Source of the DNA: a virus
Taxonomy: Duplodnaviria > Caudoviricetes
Length of the DNA stretch: 64,000 nt
Direction: 5' to 3' (one strand)
Virus record (IMG/VR): IMGVR_UViG_3300029305_003192
A program made the position numbers and the translations under genes. Under the pieces are notes generated by a model. The model worked only from the letters and a program-made list of their open reading frames with translations. It did no database searches and was not told the DNA's origin. Position 1 is the stretch's first letter, and each line of letters begins with the position of its first letter. This document shows positions 57,755 to 64,000 of this stretch, one piece after another.

Positions 57755-60625
57755 ATGGCTAGTACCGAAATATCCGGTAGAATATTTCAAAAGAGTCTTA
57801 TGGAAATGATTCATGGACTTGCTTGGAAGAATGGTTACTTAGCTAAGAAAGAAGAGGCTAAATGTGATAGAATCTATACTGATAGGTACGAATCTGCTGC
57901 CAGAAAACTTCTTCAATATTATTCGGTGTCTGACCTTAAGAAGATTGCCGATTGTAATGAAACCCGATTCAATAATTTATTGAATGAACTGAAGCCTGAA
58001 CTTGCACATCTCCGTGATTATCTCATTACATTCTGGTCGTATGAGGAGCCCAACGCATATTACCGTATGTTATATGGTAAACCACCGTTGGATTTTGAGC
58101 CGAAATACGGCGTGTATGTGCAGCGTGATAATCCATGGGGATTGGATCATAGAGTCCCTGTCCATGATGCACCATTCAACATTTTAGTCTTGGTTGAAAA
58201 TGCTGGGGTATTGGATTATTATAAGAACCTGATTGAGCAGGATAAGACATTTCTATATGTAACTCATATGACACATAGAAAGATTTATCCATTCGTAGCC
58301 AGACTTGCTCAGGACTTCGATCTTTTATATGTACCAGAAGCAGAAATAAGCGTATTATCACGTGATTTCCGAGAAACATATCAGATGTGTCGCGATTTCA
58401 TTGTGATTAGATATTACTCTGAGGCATACTACAACCGGTATGAATATTATGAAGGTATGGTAGGTATGTCAATACTCTTTCAGACCATTCAGCAGATGCA
58501 CGTTAAATATCTCGAAGCCGATATTACCAGAGACTTCTATGATCTCGACTCGATTAAAATCGTATATGAGGCATATTCGGTACCGTTCTTTGAGAATATA
58601 CCAATCTTCTATCACCAGAAAATTATTAAGGCGATGAACCGCCTGCTTATGTATAAAGGCGGAAACCAGGTATTCTTTGACCTCTGTGCATTGTTCGATT
58701 TTGAATCCTTAGATGTATTCAAATACTACCTATGTAAGACAAATGCACAATATGATGAAAATGGTCGACCTATAATCGTCCCTACTCCAAGTGGCAATAT
58801 CGATTACGAGCAAACATATAAGGTCTTCTTTGCTAAGGGACTTTTGGACGGTGATCCATTTCTCGATATCACTAATGAAAACAATCATCTTGACTATTGG
58901 CCAGTTACGGCAGCGGATCCATATTGGATTAACGATGAAGACCTCATACAAAAAATTTACCGTACGGATTACAACTATACTGAGACCAAATATATCGGTC
59001 TTCAGATGGTATTCAGTATGACAAAGTTTATGTTCGAGAGCTGTTACTTCATGCAGATGCTTGCACATAACAGACGAACGGTTTCCTATATACGCGTATC
59101 GCATGGCAAACTTGGGGCTGAAATTGACCTGTTTACACTGGTCGTTTATATTCATGCCATTATATATAGACGGCTTGGATACGTCGGTAATATCCCCAGA
59201 ACACTTGAGCAGCGTGGTCGAGTGATGGGATTTAACTTTAAAGACGACCTTAGGCATGTAATTGAGGACCTTCGATACCATGAAAGTGAATTTCATAAAT
59301 ATCATTCATCATCCAGTACAGATATTAAGGTACATGGTCCAAATGTGCAGGTTAACAACGATAATATCGTTGAGGGCACAGCACGTATCAGTGACGACGG
59401 GTTTATTACGTTCACTCCTAATAAACCGGTAGATGGTGTGCATCCTAGCAGTGGTAAGGTCTATGTTGATACGGAAAAGCACAAATCGTATATATGGGAC
59501 ATAACCCTCGACAATCCAAGATATGTGGAATATATCGTGGATAATAAACATCATGAAGATTTAGATGGAGATGACCATAAATATAATGTCGGATCAAATA
59601 TTTATGATGACCTGATGATGATTAGAGACACTTGTGATGTATCCAACTTACTTGACATCCTTGAGAATATGTATATTACAAACGACAGTTCATGTGTTAA
59701 AGTATATAATAACATCAAAGAATTGTATCAGCTTCTTGAGGATAGAATTCTGAGATGTAAAGACCCCGATACATATTTCGCATATAAGCATCTTTACAAA
59801 CTGCTCCTTACAACCGAAGAAACTGCGGACATATTCCTTAAATCGGACGGTACCGTAGCGGATAACATAATCGAACTTCTCGAAGACTTGAACCCATCAT
59901 TATCTGTCAGAATATCCATGATGACGGATACACAATTGGTACAAGAATTACAATACTCACTTGCTGCACTTGAAAAGATAGGTGCCGAACTTAAGTATAT
60001 CCAGAGTTATGGTGGTATGCATGGTAAGATTATCAGTGAATATCTCTATCAGCTCATCAGGGTATTTAAATCCGCTAAGGTTGACCTTGTGGATTTTAGA
60101 GCCATCTATGTTATAGATGGCCGTATGACTAACTTGATTAAGTTCATGGTGAAGTTAAAGCTTCAATCAATGGAGCGAGATTTACCTAACGGCTCCACCA
60201 TCGACCTTATCGACGACGTCCGTCTAAGAATGATTGGCGGATGTAATCGTGAGAATAAGTATGACTTATTCATCGCTAGAAATTCAGTTACTGGTAATTC
60301 TGAGTATAGGTCTCATACATGTACGGGACTTATGTCTAGACCACAGTGTGCTAATTGCACCGAGAAAAATAAGAAATGTGGGTGCGTAGTTCGAGAACCA
60401 TTTATGTTCGAGAATAAATTTGACATGCTCTTCAGATTAAGTCGATATGTCGAAGATGATTTCGCTGAAGACTTCAAAGATATTATCATCAACAGAACGT
60501 TCGTCAGACGTCACGCAATCGCTAATGACAAACTACCACTTATTGATGATATCAATCTCGCTATTAGGGATTCTATCATTAAAGATACAAACATGTTTGT
60601 AGATAAGTTAATCAAACTTGAATGA
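57755..60625 (+). CDS. Large virion (probably baseplate) protein, 956 aa
   Basis: Late promoter at 57715-57727; 'IIKAMNRLLMYKGG' resembles tail-protein-I/gp7-type motifs. Confidence 0.6.
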   Translation: MASTEISGRIFQKSLMEMIHGLAWKNGYLAKKEEAKCDRIYTDRYESAARKLLQYYSVSDLKKIADCNETRFNNLLNELKPELAHLRDYLITFWSYEEPNAYYRMLYGKPPLDFEPKYGVYVQRDNPWGLDHRVPVHDAPFNILVLVENAGVLDYYKNLIEQDKTFLYVTHMTHRKIYPFVARLAQDFDLLYVPEAEISVLSRDFRETYQMCRDFIVIRYYSEAYYNRYEYYEGMVGMSILFQTIQQMHVKYLEADITRDFYDLDSIKIVYEAYSVPFFENIPIFYHQKIIKAMNRLLMYKGGNQVFFDLCALFDFESLDVFKYYLCKTNAQYDENGRPIIVPTPSGNIDYEQTYKVFFAKGLLDGDPFLDITNENNHLDYWPVTAADPYWINDEDLIQKIYRTDYNYTETKYIGLQMVFSMTKFMFESCYFMQMLAHNRRTVSYIRVSHGKLGAEIDLFTLVVYIHAIIYRRLGYVGNIPRTLEQRGRVMGFNFKDDLRHVIEDLRYHESEFHKYHSSSSTDIKVHGPNVQVNNDNIVEGTARISDDGFITFTPNKPVDGVHPSSGKVYVDTEKHKSYIWDITLDNPRYVEYIVDNKHHEDLDGDDHKYNVGSNIYDDLMMIRDTCDVSNLLDILENMYITNDSSCVKVYNNIKELYQLLEDRILRCKDPDTYFAYKHLYKLLLTTEETADIFLKSDGTVADNIIELLEDLNPSLSVRISMMTDTQLVQELQYSLAALEKIGAELKYIQSYGGMHGKIISEYLYQLIRVFKSAKVDLVDFRAIYVIDGRMTNLIKFMVKLKLQSMERDLPNGSTIDLIDDVRLRMIGGCNRENKYDLFIARNSVTGNSEYRSHTCTGLMSRPQCANCTEKNKKCGCVVREPFMFENKFDMLFRLSRYVEDDFAEDFKDIIINRTFVRRHAIANDKLPLIDDINLAIRDSIIKDTNMFVDKLIKLE

Positions 60626-60639
60626 AAGGAATGATTATA

Positions 60640-61545
60640 ATGGCACAGATTTTAAAGGATAATCTTGGACTCTGTGAGATGATTAATCGTGACCAGGAGA
60701 TTATTGCTAGAAAGCATGGTCTTCCGGTTATGAGAGGCGTTCTCTATAAGGTAAACATGGACTCCAATGGTGACCCAATTTTCGATAAGCTCGAAAAGGT
60801 CAATGAAAATACTGTAGTACTCGGAGGTGCCGTTCTTGCACTCGAGAAACTCTTCGGCAGGGGTGCCAAGTACCTCCCAGGTACTCTTAATGAAGAGTAT
60901 AAAGTTAACGACGCGTTTGATGTCAATCCGCAGCAGACATATATCAGATGCTTTGGCGTAGGTACGGGTGGTGCTCGTGATACAATCGGTAGCGTTCTCG
61001 ACCCGGACTTCAAGCAGAAGTTCCTGAATGATATGATCCCGTTCAGAATCTCTGATACAGAAGATCTTGCTGATACAATCGACCCCGAAGTTGCAAAGAA
61101 GTATTTCTTCAGACGTCAGATTTATGAGAATCCTAAGCCACTGTGGGGCTGGTATCTCAAGGAATTTGAAAATCCTGATTCTATACCTCAGCCTTCATCA
61201 TACTGGAAAGATGTTCCGGATCCTAACTCTCTCGGTACGGAAGTAAGTAGTAATCCAGAACCATATACACTTATCGGCGAGAATGATAACCTCATCGAAT
61301 GTTTCGGTGAATGTATCATCAAGCTCGAAGAAGATGACCTCAGACCTTGGTTCCAGTATAACGGTAGCCTTCCTACTGCACGATATAATACATTTGGTCT
61401 CTTCACTGGAGCGAAGACACCTATCGTATCAGGATATGTTGACTATGTTGGAGTAAGACTTTTCTCAGTGGTTAACTTCAACAACGTTGCCCTCGATATG
61501 CCTACATCTGCAACATATCTCTATCGTGTATATGCTGCTATCTAA
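60640..61545 (+). CDS. Baseplate/tail-fibre attachment protein
   Basis: ENTVVLGG...FGVGTGG...FGLF...YRVY pattern of tail-collar/baseplate proteins. Confidence 0.55.
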   Translation: MAQILKDNLGLCEMINRDQEIIARKHGLPVMRGVLYKVNMDSNGDPIFDKLEKVNENTVVLGGAVLALEKLFGRGAKYLPGTLNEEYKVNDAFDVNPQQTYIRCFGVGTGGARDTIGSVLDPDFKQKFLNDMIPFRISDTEDLADTIDPEVAKKYFFRRQIYENPKPLWGWYLKEFENPDSIPQPSSYWKDVPDPNSLGTEVSSNPEPYTLIGENDNLIECFGECIIKLEEDDLRPWFQYNGSLPTARYNTFGLFTGAKTPIVSGYVDYVGVRLFSVVNFNNVALDMPTSATYLYRVYAAI

Positions 61546-61985
61546 ATTACTTAAAAGAAAGAAGAAATTTATTGCTGTGCATGTAAATGGCTTTGTCAAT
61601 TCAGATGGAACTGAGAATGTACATGGGAGGTTTCAATACGACTTTGAAGAATCACTCGTAGGATTTACGTCGAAATTGAAAATCATAGACACCATCAGTG
61701 GACATTATTATGTTAACACTATAGGACCTGAGTATAGATCAGAGAACTGCAGCTCAGTTAATATGCTCGAAATCTTTCAGCGGTTAAATTTATATATCCG
61801 CACTAACAACTTCAATAATGAGAGGATTATGTAATGTCGCCCTCAAGCATTATATGCGTTTATCGCACAGGGATTGACTTTTCTATTTTGGACAATGCCG
61901 GTATGAGACACCTCATCAACGCATATGGGCGATCCTCCTCCTCTCTAAACTGTCGTCATGGCAGGACCTACCTAAATACAACGAT

Positions 61986-62021
61986 GATACCCGGATGCCT
62001 CCGTATGGGCATCCGGGTATT
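61986..62021 (+). terminator. Hairpin terminator
   Basis: ATACCCGGATGCC/GGCATCCGGGTAT. Confidence 0.65.
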
Positions 62022-62117
62022 TCGTATCGTTTAAATGTCAAACTATATATCCTTACATGGTAAAAAAGACCGATGAGGTCGACAAAATGTCTAATATTGT
62101 AAAGGAGGTAGATTTCT

Positions 62118-62603
62118 ATGAGACATCGTAGAATCCCCACTAAGGAGAATTATTATCTCGATATTGCAGAAGCAGTTGCAGGAAGGGGTACATGTATTAG
62201 AAGATGCTTCGGTGCGATTATAGTTAAGGATGACAGAATCATATCCACTGGATATGTTGGAGCACCTAGAGGTGAAGAGCATTGTTGTGATACCGGAAAG
62301 TGTATTCGACATGAATTGAATATACCATCTGGTGAACGATATGAATTATGTAAGAGTGTCCATGCCGAGATGAATGCTATCATAAATGGTACTGCATCAG
62401 ATATGATTGGTTCGACTATGTATTTAGTTGGAAAACACGTCACTGATGACGGCACACTCGGAGAGTATGTGGATGGTACATCACCATGTAAACTGTGTAG
62501 ACGTATGATAATCAATGCACGTATTGCTTATGTGGTAATAAGGAATGCTGATGGTATTACTTGGAGAAAGTATCCCGTATCCGAATTACCTGAATATAAA
62601 TAA
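62118..62603 (+). CDS. dCMP deaminase
   Basis: TCIRRCFGAIIV, TGYVG, VHAEMNAI, SPCKLC; early core at 62044-62050. Confidence 0.92.
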   Translation: MRHRRIPTKENYYLDIAEAVAGRGTCIRRCFGAIIVKDDRIISTGYVGAPRGEEHCCDTGKCIRHELNIPSGERYELCKSVHAEMNAIINGTASDMIGSTMYLVGKHVTDDGTLGEYVDGTSPCKLCRRMIINARIAYVVIRNADGITWRKYPVSELPEYK

Positions 62604-62636
62604 CTTTAACTTTAAGATCTTAGGAGGGTCCAAATT

Positions 62637-64000
62637 ATGGCAAAGAAATCAATGGATAATATTGAGGTTAAGATGGGAGACCCAACGTGGGTAATTCCAG
62701 CTATCAATAATCTCACTACATATTCGACCGACGAACTTGTTGACCCAGAGGGCAAGTTCTCCAAGTATGCTATTCAGACATACGGTAAACTTGGTTACTT
62801 CACTGGTACAGAATCCGATGATGATTACGAACTTAAAGGCGTAATTGATTGTAAAGACCCGATTCTCAGTGAAGAAATTCAGGCTCTTCGTCGTAAGATT
62901 TATGATATGAATCCAAAGGGTAGGAGATATGGTACTGATATTATATCAGCACATGTATATACCCGTGACTTTGATAATGACTGTAGAGAGGATATGCTTA
63001 CTGGTAAAGGTTTTAGGATATCCAATCACGAGTCGTTCGATAAGAAGAATCAAAAGATACCAGACGGTCTTCAGAGCCCAGAATTCGGTAGTGACTTCGG
63101 CGACGACCTTGAATTTGCAGAAAGATATAGATGTGTATGTGGACTCAAGATGGGTCAGATGTATGAACATGAAATCTGCCCAGAGTGTAATACAGAAGTT
63201 CAGTACTGTGAGGTAGACCTTGAGAAGACTGGATGGATTTTCATCGAGGGTGGATTTAAAGTAATCACACCTATATATTACGCGAAGCTCGAAGCACTCC
63301 TCGGTAAGTATGATAGCCAGGACTCAGTTATCGGAGCAATCATCCGCTGTAACTATAAAGATGCAAAGACAAATGAGGAACTTGATGAAGCTGGTCTTAC
63401 AGATAGAGACCGAGAGATGATTGTTAAGCATCCATTTATCCGTAAAGGTATGGCATGGTTTGAACAGCACATTCTCGAAGTTCTCGATTTCTATAGGAGA
63501 GCTAAGCCCGGTAAGGCTAAATGGTTCGAAGAAATCATTGATAATATAGACAAAGTATTCTGCTCGAGAATACCAGTATATACATCAGTTCTCCGTATGG
63601 AAGCTCCTGGTGCAAAGGATGAGAAGGTATTTAGAACCAAAACTAATACCTGCTATCGTTCAATCATCAGGTCCGCAAACATGATTAATGATTTGGTATC
63701 TCGTCACTATGTAAAGAATGCTGACGATAATGCACACTTTACAACCACTTATGATATCAGTGAAATGACATCAATTGACAGATTCAGCGCTCAGATTCAG
63801 AAGGACCTCAAGGACCTCTTCGAAGAAGAGTTCACAATTCTGTCAGGAAAAGAAGGATATATTCTTGGTAAGGTAGTATCTGGTAGATACAACTTCTCCG
63901 CAAGAAACATCATCATCTCTGGTGGTGCCGACCTTCACTCAGACGAAATCATGGTTTGCTATTCCACATTCATTGAGCTCTTTAGATATGAGCTCACAGC
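62637..64000 (+). CDS. Phage RNA polymerase beta' N-terminal subunit (probably non-virion RNAP), truncated by the window end; not in ORF track
   Basis: Manual translation from ATG 62637: DGLQSPEFG, YRCVCG...ICPECNT (Zn site), KTGWI, IPVYTSVLR, LSGKEGYILGKVVSGRYNFSARNII (RpoC GKxG...R.DYSGR equivalent). Confidence 0.9.
   Translation, partial: MAKKSMDNIEVKMGDPTWVIPAINNLTTYSTDELVDPEGKFSKYAIQTYGKLGYFTGTESDDDYELKGVIDCKDPILSEEIQALRRKIYDMNPKGRRYGTDIISAHVYTRDFDNDCREDMLTGKGFRISNHESFDKKNQKIPDGLQSPEFGSDFGDDLEFAERYRCVCGLKMGQMYEHEICPECNTEVQYCEVDLEKTGWIFIEGGFKVITPIYYAKLEALLGKYDSQDSVIGAIIRCNYKDAKTNEELDEAGLTDRDREMIVKHPFIRKGMAWFEQHILEVLDFYRRAKPGKAKWFEEIIDNIDKVFCSRIPVYTSVLRMEAPGAKDEKVFRTKTNTCYRSIIRSANMINDLVSRHYVKNADDNAHFTTTYDISEMTSIDRFSAQIQKDLKDLFEEEFTILSGKEGYILGKVVSGRYNFSARNIIISGGADLHSDEIMVCYSTFIELFRYELT

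Noticed and set aside
61487-62034. ORFs 61487..61834 and 61834..62034
   Set aside because: No convincing SD or start; the second runs through a terminator hairpin; the first may be a real or decayed small gene but is unsupported
1-64000. Stop-codon reassignment
   Set aside because: Core genes are full-length in code 11, and TAA, TAG and TGA all end genes directly before terminators or the next SD
1-64000. Chimallin, PhuZ tubulin, major capsid, terminase, radical SAM or integrase genes
   Set aside because: No recognisable motifs in this window; they may lie elsewhere in the genome

Overview
This is a gene-dense 64 kb segment of a jumbo myovirus genome, read in the standard genetic code. It most resembles the AR9/PBS1 (phiKZ-related, two-RNA-polymerase) lineage. 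A Bacillota, possibly clostridial, host is inferred from strong GGAGG/AAAGGA Shine-Dalgarno sites and the dUTPase type. Recognisable genes: RecD/Dda-like and DnaB-like helicases, an SbcD/Mre11 nuclease, a PD-(D/E)XK exonuclease, a split multisubunit RNAP beta subunit (28023-32378), a beta' N-terminal subunit missing from the ORF track (62637 to the window end), T4 gp6- and gp53-like baseplate proteins, head proteins rich in (A/S)-x-E motifs, dUTPase, a divergent ThyX-like protein, dCMP deaminase, a protein kinase and a GNAT acetyltransferase. Two promoter classes can be read from the DNA: an AR9-like late motif AAC(A/T/C/G)-N6-TA(A) and an early motif TATATAT(C/A/T)AT, whose full form is ACCGT-N19-TATATATCATATTA. 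The most notable items are: (i) a ~1.6 kb region without credible ORFs (35296-36880), densely base-paired, with G-U pairs pointing to the + strand and a late promoter at its 5' end, a candidate large unclassified phage ncRNA; (ii) a second ~190 nt promoter-driven ncRNA with a T-loop-like hairpin; (iii) dispersed antisense early-gene cassettes that share a promoter, a covarying leader RNA and a conserved 3' hairpin around unrelated ORFs; (iv) a 1406-aa late protein capped at both ends by Cys-every-fourth-residue arrays, with Cys clusters in several other late proteins. All calls come from motif reading by eye; no searches or folding programs were run.
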